Part shown: positions 28,384 to 38,252 of the stretch, one piece after another | Layout of the letters: every line of letters starts with the position of its first letter | Position numbering within the stretch: position 1 is the first letter of the stretch | From: Candidatus Heimdallarchaeota archaeon | Lineage (GTDB): Archaea; Asgardarchaeota; Heimdallarchaeia; Hodarchaeales; Hodarchaeaceae | Assembly: GCA_020353515.1 (NCBI GenBank) | Contig: CP070695.1 | Coordinates: forward strand, 737,065 to 801,064 | Direction: 5' to 3' | Length of the DNA stretch: 64,000 nucleotides | Notes under the pieces: generated by a model | Told to the model about the DNA's origin: nothing | Database searches by the model: none | Seen by the model: the letters and a program-made list of their open reading frames with translations, nothing else | Position numbers and translations under genes: made by a program

Positions 28384-29352
28384 TTATTCACGCCTGGGTG
28401 CTTTGACTTCTTCTAGAATCTTTTCAACAATCACTTCAGATGAAGTCCCTGATAACCAAGAACTGATCTCGAGTATTATTCTATGAGCTAATGTAATAGA
28501 TGCAAGCTCTTTAACATCTTGTGGGATGACATAATCCCGACCATTTAATGCCGCGTTGGCTCGTGATATAGCCATTAGGTCTAACGATCCTCGAGGCGAT
28601 GATCCAACCTTAACTGACTCTAATTCACGGGTTCGTGTGACAATCTCGACAATATATTCTTTAATTTCCTCGGAAACATGAACTTCCTCAATTGAACGCT
28701 GCATCTCATAAAAAGTAGGTCGGTCAGTTATCTTGGAAACATCAAAACTTTTTTTCTTCCGATTAATTCGATTTGATAATATTACTTTTTCCGCTTCTTT
28801 TGAAGGATAACCAATTCGGATCATTGCGAGAAATCGGTCAATTTGAGCTTCAGGTAATGCAAATGTTCCTTCGAGTTCCAACGGATTTTGTGTTGCAACA
28901 ACTAAAAATGGTTTATTTTTAGATAAAGGATATGTAATCCCTCCAACAGTTACTTGATACTCACCCATTGCCTCTAGTAAGGCACTTTGAGTTTTAGGTG
29001 TGGCTCGATTAATTTCATCAGTAAGAATGATGTCCGAAAAAATGGGTCCTGGTTTAAACTCAAAATCATTCGTTTTCTGATTGTAAATCTCTGAACCAGT
29101 TAGATCCTGAGGTAATAAATCAGGAGTAAATTGGATCCGATTAAAATCACAACCTAGTGCTGTTGCAAATGATCTGCAAATCATAGTTTTCGCTAAACCA
29201 GGGTAATCTTCAAAGAGAATATGTCCATCAGCTAGAAATGCTAGGATTACTTTCCGAAGAACATCATTTTTACCAATAATGTGTCGAGAAACTTCAGTTA
29301 AGATTTCATTACATATTTTTGAGGTTTCATCTATCTGCATAGCTGGAATCAC
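28384..29352 (-). CDS. MoxR-family AAA+ ATPase
   Basis: HILFEDYPGLAKT, RIQFTPDLLP.D, DEINRATPKTQSALLEAM, ATQNP.E.EGT, SPRG. Confidence 0.97.
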   Translation of the reverse strand: MIPAMQIDETSKICNEILTEVSRHIIGKNDVLRKVILAFLADGHILFEDYPGLAKTMICRSFATALGCDFNRIQFTPDLLPQDLTGSEIYNQKTNDFEFKPGPIFSDIILTDEINRATPKTQSALLEAMGEYQVTVGGITYPLSKNKPFLVVATQNPLELEGTFALPEAQIDRFLAMIRIGYPSKEAEKVILSNRINRKKKSFDVSKITDRPTFYEMQRSIEEVHVSEEIKEYIVEIVTRTRELESVKVGSSPRGSLDLMAISRANAALNGRDYVIPQDVKELASITLAHRIILEISSWLSGTSSEVIVEKILEEVKAPRRE

Positions 29353-29828
29353 TCCATTTCAGAAATCAATGTGATGCCTAGTAGTTGTTGGACTTCATCT
29401 ATGGTTTGGAAATAGCGTTTAGAAAGTCCTTTTCTTTGGGATCGTTCAGAAAGACCAATAAGATTCAATTGAAGATCGAACCATTCGTCAGGATCGGATA
29501 GGAGGAGTTCTAGGTTTTCACTAAGATTTTTACTATCACTACTTTCTGTCGTATTATCACTGAGTTCCATATAGTCTTTAATCAATTGAGATAATAAAAA
29601 AGCAATTTTTTTCTGTTGTCTTGGATAGAAACTTGACGTAAGTCGAAAAAAATCATTAAAAGATTCACTGTGAGGTCGTGGGGGATTTTTATATTCTATT
29701 CTCGATTTCTCGAAGTTATAAGTCTTTTGTTTCATTCGTTTTAGTCTGTACGAGTTTATCGCCCAAATTGTAAGAAAAATTACTAAAATAAGCAAAATAA
29801 TATACATAAAAAGATATAGTCCATCCAT
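29349..29828 (-). CDS. Membrane-anchored hypothetical protein (MoxR operon)
   Basis: N-terminal TM helix; operonic overlap. Confidence 0.7.
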   Translation of the reverse strand: MDGLYLFMYIILLILVIFLTIWAINSYRLKRMKQKTYNFEKSRIEYKNPPRPHSESFNDFFRLTSSFYPRQQKKIAFLLSQLIKDYMELSDNTTESSDSKNLSENLELLLSDPDEWFDLQLNLIGLSERSQRKGLSKRYFQTIDEVQQLLGITLISEME

Positions 29829-29829
29829 C

Positions 29830-30813
29830 TTAATCCTCTATTTCTTCATCTACTTTATTTTCATGAGTCGAATCGGAAGAAAAAATGATTTTCATAGTCA
29901 ACGACTTGGCTAAATCGACTTGTTGATCCGAAATAGCATGATCTGAGAATTTAACCTCTTCAAACACATTCGTTAAGTTTTCTATCAAAGGAGGAGAGGT
30001 CAAAGTCTTTTTGACCACATCTTGACTAAATTCTGTAGGAGTAAAATTAAGTGAACTATCTGCTCCACGTTCTTCAAGAGCTGTAGATGCTTGGTAATAG
30101 CACTCTAAGACAGTTCTCATCTTAAATTGGTTTTCTTGTTCATCTTCTAGAATGGTTTCAGTCTCCTCGAAGTCAATCCCCACATCTTTAGACCTTCGTT
30201 TAATTATTAACATGAACAATAGGGGTGCAAAAAACAAAAAAATAAGAAAAAAGATACTCAAAGATTGGAAAAAATCACTGAAATCTACTAGATTAACTGG
30301 TGGAGAAATTGGCTGGGTTGATTCTGTTTTTTGTTGAGTCTCAAGTGTTTCAGTATAAGGAGTGGTATCGGTGGGAATGGTGGTTGCATTATAACTTGGT
30401 ATAATAGGTTCTTCTTCTCCTTCTTCTTCCTGAATGGTTGCTCCAATTATAGCAGCAATAATCAAAAAACCTATTACAAGCACTCCGATTGACTGAATGA
30501 GGAAAAACCAAGGATGATTATGCTTTTTACGGTAATTTAAATAGATATAAATTCCAGAGAATACAGGAAGAATAACCCCTAAAACCTCAAATAAAATGAA
30601 ATTTAATGTCAAAAAGGGTGGATTCTTAATGATTCCTGACATTTGCCCCAATGACACTTGAGTGAAAGTCACAGTCAGTAAAAGAAGACAAAGAATAAGA
30701 AATTCTTTACGAAGTACGAAGTCGAAATCCTTAGTATTCACTTTGAATCCTACTGCTGTGTGTTTGATTGTGATAATTGATTTTTTACTTATTACCTTTT
30801 TCTCTTGATGCAA
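29830..30813 (-). CDS. DUF4129-type membrane protein
   Basis: TM segments; C-terminal YYQA...TPTEF...LTNVFEEVKFSDH. Confidence 0.8.
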   Translation of the reverse strand: MHQEKKVISKKSIITIKHTAVGFKVNTKDFDFVLRKEFLILCLLLLTVTFTQVSLGQMSGIIKNPPFLTLNFILFEVLGVILPVFSGIYIYLNYRKKHNHPWFFLIQSIGVLVIGFLIIAAIIGATIQEEEGEEEPIIPSYNATTIPTDTTPYTETLETQQKTESTQPISPPVNLVDFSDFFQSLSIFFLIFLFFAPLLFMLIIKRRSKDVGIDFEETETILEDEQENQFKMRTVLECYYQASTALEERGADSSLNFTPTEFSQDVVKKTLTSPPLIENLTNVFEEVKFSDHAISDQQVDLAKSLTMKIIFSSDSTHENKVDEEIED

Positions 30814-31065
30814 ATTCTCACGATTTTAATGGATTTCCTATTTGTAGTTTTATCCAAATTTTTTTAAATAGAGTATTCGTTATTATTAGAGGGAAGAAAT
30901 TCTAAAACACGATTTTGTGAACCTCTGTACAAATAGAACATAGATGAATATTAATTGCTGTTTTCGAATCGAACTTAGCTTTAATCTGTTCTCTCTTGAT
31001 GAGTAGAAGAATAGACTTATAAATTTGGAGAAAGGTGAATTAGGAAAGGAAAAGAGGCAGGATAA

Positions 31066-31494
31066 ATGTTCATTTACTGGATTGATAAACAACGTTTAGC
31101 TGGATCTAGTGAACCTAATTTAGAAGATTTTCCTTTTCTTAAAACCCTTGAATGGGGGGGGATGGTTAATCTTCAAGAAAAATCATCAACAGAGGAGTTA
31201 GCATCCCTTTTAGCGATACCATATTTGCATTTGCCGATCGAGGATTTCTCAACACCTACTGAAACTGATTTGGAAACAATACTTGAATTCTTCCTTGAAT
31301 GTCAGAATGAAAATCCCAATTTACCAGTATTAATTCACTGTACAGCAGGACATGGAAGAACTGGTACAGTAATTGCTGCACTCTTAGTTGTTATTGACCG
31401 TATTATGCCTGAAGAAGCCATCAAATTTGTGAGAGGAGTGAACCCTCTTGCAATTGAAACCAAGGATCAAGAAGAATTTATCAAAAGCCTCTAA
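31066..31494 (+). CDS. Dual-specificity protein/tyrosine phosphatase
   Basis: PIEDF (acid loop), HCTAGHGRTG (CX5R), IET..Q. Confidence 0.93.
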   Translation: MFIYWIDKQRLAGSSEPNLEDFPFLKTLEWGGMVNLQEKSSTEELASLLAIPYLHLPIEDFSTPTETDLETILEFFLECQNENPNLPVLIHCTAGHGRTGTVIAALLVVIDRIMPEEAIKFVRGVNPLAIETKDQEEFIKSL

Positions 31495-31650
31495 ATACCT
31501 TTTCTAGCTCTTTACGAAAGCTACTTTCTTCTAAAGGATGATTTCTTCGCTACATTATAAGAAAGATAAATATCCTATGTCGGATCCACAGTCTATAGAA
31601 AAATAGAAAATAAAACAGTAACGAAATAAGACCATAAGGAATAACGGATT

Positions 31651-32229
31651 ATGACTCGCTCCTCAAGTATCCTTGGTACAGTATTAGCAATTATAGGATT
31701 TCTATTACCATCATTTATTCTTATATGGACTGGTAATGAATCAGTTGTGATGATCTTAGCAGCAGGGTATTTTTTTCTATGGGGTTATTATGACATAGAT
31801 TTAGGGTGGTTTGGATCTGCTAGTGATTCTGGGCTCCATTTATTTAACTTGAATTGGTATCTCGATCCTTCGAACATTTCTCAAGGATCGGAGCTCATTG
31901 ATGCATATTTAAATAGTCTTAGTACGGCTATTTACCCTGGAAATTTTGGAGATAAAGGATTGGATATCTCTGGGATAACTTTTGGGTTATCACTCCTTAT
32001 TATTGTAATAGCTATTTTCTTAGGTTTAGTTAGGAAGGAACATCCTAAAATATCTGGATTATTATATGTCATTGGAGCAGCGGTTGGTCTTTCATCGTTA
32101 TTATTAATATGGAATAATGCTACTAATCTAACGTTTATTGGTGGTGGGGTTGAAGATAATTTTCTCCCAGTACCTCTAGGAAGTCTTCTTGTTTTAATAG
32201 CTGGGATATGGAATCTTGTGAAATCATAA
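31651..32229 (+). CDS. Hypothetical membrane protein
   Basis: Several hydrophobic helices. Confidence 0.75.
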   Translation: MTRSSSILGTVLAIIGFLLPSFILIWTGNESVVMILAAGYFFLWGYYDIDLGWFGSASDSGLHLFNLNWYLDPSNISQGSELIDAYLNSLSTAIYPGNFGDKGLDISGITFGLSLLIIVIAIFLGLVRKEHPKISGLLYVIGAAVGLSSLLLIWNNATNLTFIGGGVEDNFLPVPLGSLLVLIAGIWNLVKS

Positions 32230-32264
32230 ATTCATTGTCAAATTAAATCACCGAGAGTGAGAAA

Positions 32265-33344
32265 ATGAAAATACAAACGTCTGATGCAGATGAAGTATTT
32301 AATAAATGGTTGACGAAAGTTGATTCAAAAAAATTGAAAAAATCATTCGGAATTGAAAAAGAAGCAATTACAGCAGCTGAAAGCGTAAAAAATGTTGAGA
32401 AATCAGCTTTTCTTTTTTTCTATTCAGAGATTCAAAAGAAAAAGAGTCTTGGAGCAAAAGAACAAAAGCCTGAAAAAATTAATGCGTCAAAATTAGCAGA
32501 CATCACCTTCTATTCATTTTCATCTGAAGGTGTTAAAACAGACACTTGGAAGGAAAAAAAGGATTTTGTACCACTGATTAAAAATCTCAAAGAATTAAGA
32601 TGTAAGAGATGTGACGGAAAAGGAACAGAAAAATGTGGACATTGTAATAATTCTCGACTAATCACTTGTGATGAGTGCAAAGGAAAAGAAATTAAGTGTG
32701 ATAAATGTAAAGGGTCAGGGAATCACACAATTACTTTGGAAGTTAAAGAAATAAACAAAAAGGGGGAAGAAAAAACAAGCAAAATCGAGAAAGCAACCAG
32801 ATGTCCTTCCTGCTTTGGATCGGGAAAATTTAATTGTCATAAATGTGGAGGAACTGGAAAAATTGTGTGTTACGAATGTAAGGGTAATCCAAAAACTTGT
32901 CGTGAATGTAATGGACATGGACTATTCTATGAATTCTATAAAAGTCCAGTACCACTAATCATTACTCCTAGTAAGCAATTTTATTCATTTATGGTGAAAA
33001 AAGACGAATGGATGTTGAAAGACAAGTATTATAATCAGAAATTGGAATCTGCTGAGTCTTATCCCTTTCAAGACCCAAGAGACTTGAATGAGAAGGAATT
33101 AAAAGAGTTATTCGGGGTAATTTCTCTAGATAAGGAGCTGAGAAAATGTATCGAGGATACAAAAAAGGCCTTTGAGGAGATGGAAAAAGAATATAAGAAG
33201 GGAAAATCCTTTGAACGACCTTTAAGGCCAATTTTATTAGTATTTCTTCTTCGAATGTATATCGAGACTCCAAAAAGGAAAAAATTTGATATTTATGCTT
33301 TAGGGACAAAAAATAAGTATATAATTATGACAAATCAATTTTAA
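32265..33344 (+). CDS. DnaJ-type CxxCxGxG zinc-finger repeat protein, SSUH2-like
   Basis: Eight CxxC(xG) motifs, no J-domain HPD; C-terminal KKFDIYALGT. Confidence 0.7.
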   Translation: MKIQTSDADEVFNKWLTKVDSKKLKKSFGIEKEAITAAESVKNVEKSAFLFFYSEIQKKKSLGAKEQKPEKINASKLADITFYSFSSEGVKTDTWKEKKDFVPLIKNLKELRCKRCDGKGTEKCGHCNNSRLITCDECKGKEIKCDKCKGSGNHTITLEVKEINKKGEEKTSKIEKATRCPSCFGSGKFNCHKCGGTGKIVCYECKGNPKTCRECNGHGLFYEFYKSPVPLIITPSKQFYSFMVKKDEWMLKDKYYNQKLESAESYPFQDPRDLNEKELKELFGVISLDKELRKCIEDTKKAFEEMEKEYKKGKSFERPLRPILLVFLLRMYIETPKRKKFDIYALGTKNKYIIMTNQF

Positions 33345-33357
33345 GTAATTGGGGATA

Positions 33358-34506
33358 CTAATCTGAACCATTGGATGGAGTGACGACCCCTTTTAAAAAT
33401 TTCGTTATCACTGATTCAACCTCTAGTACCTCTGCAATCGGAACTCGTTCATTGGCACAATGAATAGCTTTTGGATCACCAGGTCCATATATAACAAAAG
33501 GGATAGGATGAGGAGCTTGAGTAACCAGGACTGCTGCGTCAGTTCCGTAATTTAATCCGATTGGATTTTTATTCTCACTCTCTTCCATAAATAGCCTAAC
33601 AAATTCATTTTCCGGAGAATTAGACACAGGTTGCATAATCTGACTTATTTCTGTAGTAAAACTCGCAAGACTTGTTTTACTATAATACTGGATAATTTCA
33701 GAGATCTTATTCGCATAAATTTCTGGATCTATAGGAGGAACAAGGCGGTAATCACAGTGAACTTTCGCATTCTCTGGTACTACATTTGCAGATTTTCCTC
33801 CTTTGAATTTTCCTATATTTAGTGTACTTTGGCCAAGTATAGGGTCGATGTCTTTTGGTAAATGCTTATGTAGAAGAGGAAATAATTGTGTGAGTTCCTC
33901 TATTGCGTTTATTCCTTTTTCAGGTGTTGAACCGTGTGCAGCTTTACCAAACGATTCTATTTTGAACCAGAGGACTCCTTTTTCTGCGATTCCTACATTC
34001 ATTGCTGTTGGTTCAGTCACAATGAGAAAATCAGCTTTATCCAGAATTCCTAATTTCATCACTGCTTTTGCTCCACCAAGTCCTACCTCTTCATCAGAAG
34101 TCCCGATAAATGTTATCTTGTAATCTAAATTATCCAAGTTATCTGTTGATTCATTTAGGGATTTCAAAGCCCCGAGGCAAGCTGACACGCCACCTTTCAT
34201 ATCAGCTGAACCCCGACCGTAAATATAACCCTGATATTCTTCCGCTCCGAGGGGATCATACTCCCAGTTTTTTAAATCGCCAACAGGCACGGTATCTAGG
34301 TGTCCACACATTACTATTGACTTAGGTGCATTTCCAAGTGTTAGGATAATATTGGCTTGATTTTTTTTATACCATTGAGTTTCAAATGGGATTCTATTGG
34401 TTTTTGCCCAATTTTGAATCCAATTAATAATAAGACGTGTATTCCCGGGAGGATTTTCAGAATTCAATCCAATTAATGATCTTAAAATTGCCAAACAGTT
34501 CGACAA
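33358..34506 (-). CDS. M20 family metallohydrolase (ArgE/DapE-like)
   Basis: GHLDTVP, YGRGSADMKGG, DEEVG, AHGS.P, GTDA, GPG...HCANE. Confidence 0.95.
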   Translation of the reverse strand: MSNCLAILRSLIGLNSENPPGNTRLIINWIQNWAKTNRIPFETQWYKKNQANIILTLGNAPKSIVMCGHLDTVPVGDLKNWEYDPLGAEEYQGYIYGRGSADMKGGVSACLGALKSLNESTDNLDNLDYKITFIGTSDEEVGLGGAKAVMKLGILDKADFLIVTEPTAMNVGIAEKGVLWFKIESFGKAAHGSTPEKGINAIEELTQLFPLLHKHLPKDIDPILGQSTLNIGKFKGGKSANVVPENAKVHCDYRLVPPIDPEIYANKISEIIQYYSKTSLASFTTEISQIMQPVSNSPENEFVRLFMEESENKNPIGLNYGTDAAVLVTQAPHPIPFVIYGPGDPKAIHCANERVPIAEVLEVESVITKFLKGVVTPSNGSD

Positions 34507-34509
34507 TAG

Positions 34510-34782
34510 TTATCTTCCCAAATAGGAGTTGCCTTCGGTTGTTGATTTGAGATTTTCATACTGGTTTCGTTCAATTTCAGCAAAAATTGCTCCTTTGTAA
34601 CCACAAATATGACAATTGTAATAAGGTGGAGACAAAAACCCGAGAAAACTGTTAAGGTGAACTTCAAGATTATCCCCTAAACAGATCGGACACACTTTGA
34701 TAACATCTTTAGCTGATCCTCGACGAATATATCTTCGGATATCTCTGAGATTTTTTAAGAATTGGCGCATTCTAATCATCAA
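34510..34782 (-). CDS. Small zinc-ribbon protein
   Basis: CPIC...CHICGYKG. Confidence 0.7.
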   Translation of the reverse strand: MMIRMRQFLKNLRDIRRYIRRGSAKDVIKVCPICLGDNLEVHLNSFLGFLSPPYYNCHICGYKGAIFAEIERNQYENLKSTTEGNSYLGR

Positions 34783-34944
34783 ATGTAAAGAGGAGTATTT
34801 TTATCTACTTTTTGTGTACGATTTTTAAAACATGTTTCTTAAAAACGTTAAAATTGGTAACTTTTTTATTTCCCTTTCTAAACATAGTATGTAACAAAAA
34901 AGTATTTAGATTAATGTTTCCTCTAAAAATTAGGTAATTACCTG

Positions 34945-35517
34945 TTGATCGGAATGTCAAGGCCTCTTACATACAACTTTTTAGCGAAGATTTTACTATT
35001 AGGTGAATTTCGTGTTGGCAAGTCGTCAATGGTTCTTCGTTATGTTGAGGATAGATTTCCAGGAGATTATATGGCAACAATAGGTGCCAATTTTCTAGTC
35101 AAAACAGTGAATCTTCCCTTCGAAGGCATGGAATTTAAAGTTGGGCTTCAAATTTGGGATATCGGAGGGCATGCTCGATCATCTCAAGTTGGACGAGTAT
35201 TTTTTCAAGGGGTTTCTGGAGCCCTTTTGGTTTATGATATGACCCGAAAAGAGACTCTAGGAAAATTACCCTTATGGATTGATCAATTGAAGAAATTTTC
35301 ACCTGACGTAAGTATGTATCTAGTAGGCAATAAAAATGACTTAGTCGACGAAAGACAAGTCACACCGGATGAGGGGAAAGAAGCTAAAAATAGCATGCAA
35401 ATGGTCAATTTTTTTGAGACAAGCGCAAAAACTGGAGATTATATACAAGAAACCTTTGAAGATTTAGCGAGACTTCTTGTAGAGACGAATCGTGATAAAA
35501 TCACTCCTCCCGAGTAG
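34945..35517 (+). CDS. Rab-like small GTPase with atypical switch II
   Basis: GEFRVGKS, TIGANF, WDIGGH, GNKND, ETSAK. Confidence 0.93.
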   Translation: MIGMSRPLTYNFLAKILLLGEFRVGKSSMVLRYVEDRFPGDYMATIGANFLVKTVNLPFEGMEFKVGLQIWDIGGHARSSQVGRVFFQGVSGALLVYDMTRKETLGKLPLWIDQLKKFSPDVSMYLVGNKNDLVDERQVTPDEGKEAKNSMQMVNFFETSAKTGDYIQETFEDLARLLVETNRDKITPPE

Positions 35518-35532
35518 ATTAGATAACATACT

Positions 35533-35889
35533 TCATGCTATCATCATCAGGTCTTCAAGAGACCCGACATTTTTCAGTTGAGCCCTATACATATTCACCT
35601 CTTCAGAAGAGATTTCTTTATTGCTCATTAAAAAGTCTAGAATATCAAAAAAAATGTCTTTAGCATAGGGGAAATTTGTAGTTACTTCTGGAAGGGAGGT
35701 GAATGCAAAAGTCAATTTATCGGATATTGTTGCATCATCGACCTTTAAGGCATTTCTAATTGTATGAACATAGATTTGATCGTCAGAAATGCTTTGAGCG
35801 ATTTTCCTTCTTTTCTTTGCTTCTTGTGAGGCGTCATGGGAAAGCACTGGAACGAAAAGTTTCTTAAAAAAACGAATAAAACGGTTCAT
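35533..35889 (-). CDS. Hypothetical protein
   Basis: 118-aa ORF filling the space between genes; no motif recognised. Confidence 0.6.
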   Translation of the reverse strand: MNRFIRFFKKLFVPVLSHDASQEAKKRRKIAQSISDDQIYVHTIRNALKVDDATISDKLTFAFTSLPEVTTNFPYAKDIFFDILDFLMSNKEISSEEVNMYRAQLKNVGSLEDLMMIA

Positions 35890-36103
35890 TGTACTTTGCT
35901 CTGTAAATTTCTATACTAGAACTTAAGCTCAAAATATGTAGTCTGGGTATTCTTAACCAGTGTAGATAGAGCTTTTTATCAAATCCTTTTTAAATTATTT
36001 TTGCTTGTCTAATTATACTAGTTTATATGAATTTAAATTTATTATTATACGGATAACTCATGCCAATAATACCTTTGGTAATTTCACGATAGAGGTCTAA
36101 AAC

Positions 36104-37153
36104 TTGACAGAATCACATCAGAGCCATTCTGAAGCGATCGCTGGCGTTCGAATTAAAAGATTTTTAACTATGGCCGTGATGAAACTATCCCAGGAACTAC
36201 TAGATCGCTCTCGATCTAATTCAGATGAGACAAAAAAATTAATAGAAAATATGATTGATGATTTAGTTAAATCAAATTTCACTCTATCATCTTCCGATAA
36301 TACACTAACTCAAGCAAAACTGTTTTTGGCCTCCTTAGGTTTTTCCCCTTGTGAAATTGAGTGGGCAGAAGACGTTCGATTAGGAAAAGTACTTTTAGGA
36401 AAGGGACGTATTTGGAGAGCTTCGACAGATGAAGATATGGAGTTAATTAAACTACTCTTATCAGCTGTTGTAAAAGGACTCGGCTTTTCATTTATTAATT
36501 CTAATGTACAGGTCTCTTTCATAGAAGATGAACTTCTCCCTCCCCGTTTTGCTTATGAAATTCAATTTCGAGCTGTTGAGGATGTTTTCGCTGAATCAAT
36601 TCAACCAACAAAGGAAAAAACGGAGGTTCTTCTGTCTGCTGGATCTCTACTAAGTCCTATTCTTGGTAGAGGGGTTTCTATTCAAGATGCAACACGATTT
36701 TTATTGGAAGGAACACAATCAGTAGTAGAAGAATATCAACCTGATCTATTAGAACGTAAAGATATAGAAGATTATCCCCTAAAGTTGGTCGAAGTTTTTT
36801 TCCTTAAACTTCAAGAAAATGACCAATTTGAAGATCAGGCTCATCAAATAGGAGTTTTGATGGTAAAAGGTATTAAACAAGCCTTTCCACATCTAAAAAG
36901 ACACGAAATAATCAAAGGAATTGGTTTACTGCCTCCAGATGAGATTGATGAGCTCCTCTTTTACGGAGACGTGGAAATTTGCGGTAAAGACCATCGTGGT
37001 AAGAATATTGGCTTCTGTAGCTTTTTAGGACATATTTGGGGTGGGTTTACCTCCGAGGTTCTCGGTAAGAAATTCCGAATGACAGAGGAGCCTCTTTGTG
37101 CTACTGGAACAGGAACTAAATGCATTTTTACTCTAGAAGAAGTTAGGTCATAA
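36104..37153 (+). CDS. V4R/Bet3(TRAPP)-like domain protein, possibly two such domains
   Basis: C-terminal C...FCSFLGHIWGGF.SEVLGK...E..CATG...CIF (V4R Cys pattern); N-terminal half shows a similar LG..G / strand pattern without the Cys residues. Confidence 0.7.
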   Translation: MTESHQSHSEAIAGVRIKRFLTMAVMKLSQELLDRSRSNSDETKKLIENMIDDLVKSNFTLSSSDNTLTQAKLFLASLGFSPCEIEWAEDVRLGKVLLGKGRIWRASTDEDMELIKLLLSAVVKGLGFSFINSNVQVSFIEDELLPPRFAYEIQFRAVEDVFAESIQPTKEKTEVLLSAGSLLSPILGRGVSIQDATRFLLEGTQSVVEEYQPDLLERKDIEDYPLKLVEVFFLKLQENDQFEDQAHQIGVLMVKGIKQAFPHLKRHEIIKGIGLLPPDEIDELLFYGDVEICGKDHRGKNIGFCSFLGHIWGGFTSEVLGKKFRMTEEPLCATGTGTKCIFTLEEVRS

Positions 37154-37343
37154 TCACAAATTTTTAATTCATAGACTTGAAAATTAAATGGCCATATTGA
37201 AAGCTTTTAAAGGAGGTAGAGATACACATTTTTAGCAAATGTGAAACTCGCTTTTCCATTATATTCTCATCCTAAAAACGACCAAACGTTTGTTAAAATG
37301 AGTAAAAAAAATTAATAAATTTCTAAGTAAAGGTGAGTCTTAT

Positions 37344-37682
37344 ATGGTCAGTTTTTGTGAGAAATGTGGGTCACTCCTAATTCCTAAACGTCATGAAGAC
37401 AACAGTGTTACTTTAGTTTGTCGTGTATGTAAAATAGAGGCTAAAAATAAGTTCAAGGATTCTTCTTATTCCATTTCAAGCAAAATTAGGCATGATGAAA
37501 AAGATCTGGTAACAATTGTTGAGGAAGATTTTGATATCCGACCAATAACAAAAATTAATTGTCCCAAATGCAATAATCACGAAGCTCGTTATTGGGAAGC
37601 AGAAAATAGGCGAAAAACAGAGGAATGGGAGACTACAATGTACTTCAAATGTACCAAATGTAGATGGGTCTGGTCAGAATAA
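37344..37682 (+). CDS. Transcription factor S (TFS/RpoM-like) paralog
   Basis: Two zinc ribbons: FCEKCGSLL...CRVC and CPKC...FKCTKCRWVWSE. Confidence 0.9.
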   Translation: MVSFCEKCGSLLIPKRHEDNSVTLVCRVCKIEAKNKFKDSSYSISSKIRHDEKDLVTIVEEDFDIRPITKINCPKCNNHEARYWEAENRRKTEEWETTMYFKCTKCRWVWSE

Positions 37683-37727
37683 CCAATTTTGTAAGGAAAT
37701 CTGTTTTAGATTAGAATACTTGATATA

Positions 37728-38252
37728 TTAATTTTGAACTGTAAATTCCCAGCCACAATGAAAGTCACGTTCCATTGGGTCAGGAGGACACGCAATAACA
37801 TTGGTTTTGATATTTGGATCTATTGTTTCAGCAAAACCGCTATATTCCACGATTCCTACCTCCTTGCATGGAAATAGGGGTAATTTTTTTCTTTCTCGGG
37901 CTGATTGAACACGGCAGGTTTTCATTTTAAGAATTAATTTGTTGGAAGATACTCGTTTTATCTCTTGTACGTTGATAGATGCATAGAGACGTAATCTCAG
38001 TGCCTTCTCAAGACCATCAAGTCCTGAATTTGGAGCAATATTAAATTCATTCATTATTCGCCTTGCTTCGACTACAGTGAAACGCTTCCATCCTTCTTTA
38101 TCTATTTGAATTGCTTCTTCAAGCCCATGACGTTCTTCAGCAGCCAAGAACCAGCATCCGTCATGAGCTAACCAGTTCTTAGCATACATTTTGATGATTT
38201 TGATTAAATCTTGCTTTTCTAGGTCTTCAAGGTTCAATTTGAGTCTCTCCAT
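37728..38252 (-). CDS. DUF6125-type protein
   Basis: KNWLAHDGCWFLA, CRVQSAR.RK....PCK, CPPD....CGWEF. Confidence 0.75.
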   Translation of the reverse strand: MERLKLNLEDLEKQDLIKIIKMYAKNWLAHDGCWFLAAEERHGLEEAIQIDKEGWKRFTVVEARRIMNEFNIAPNSGLDGLEKALRLRLYASINVQEIKRVSSNKLILKMKTCRVQSARERKKLPLFPCKEVGIVEYSGFAETIDPNIKTNVIACPPDPMERDFHCGWEFTVQN

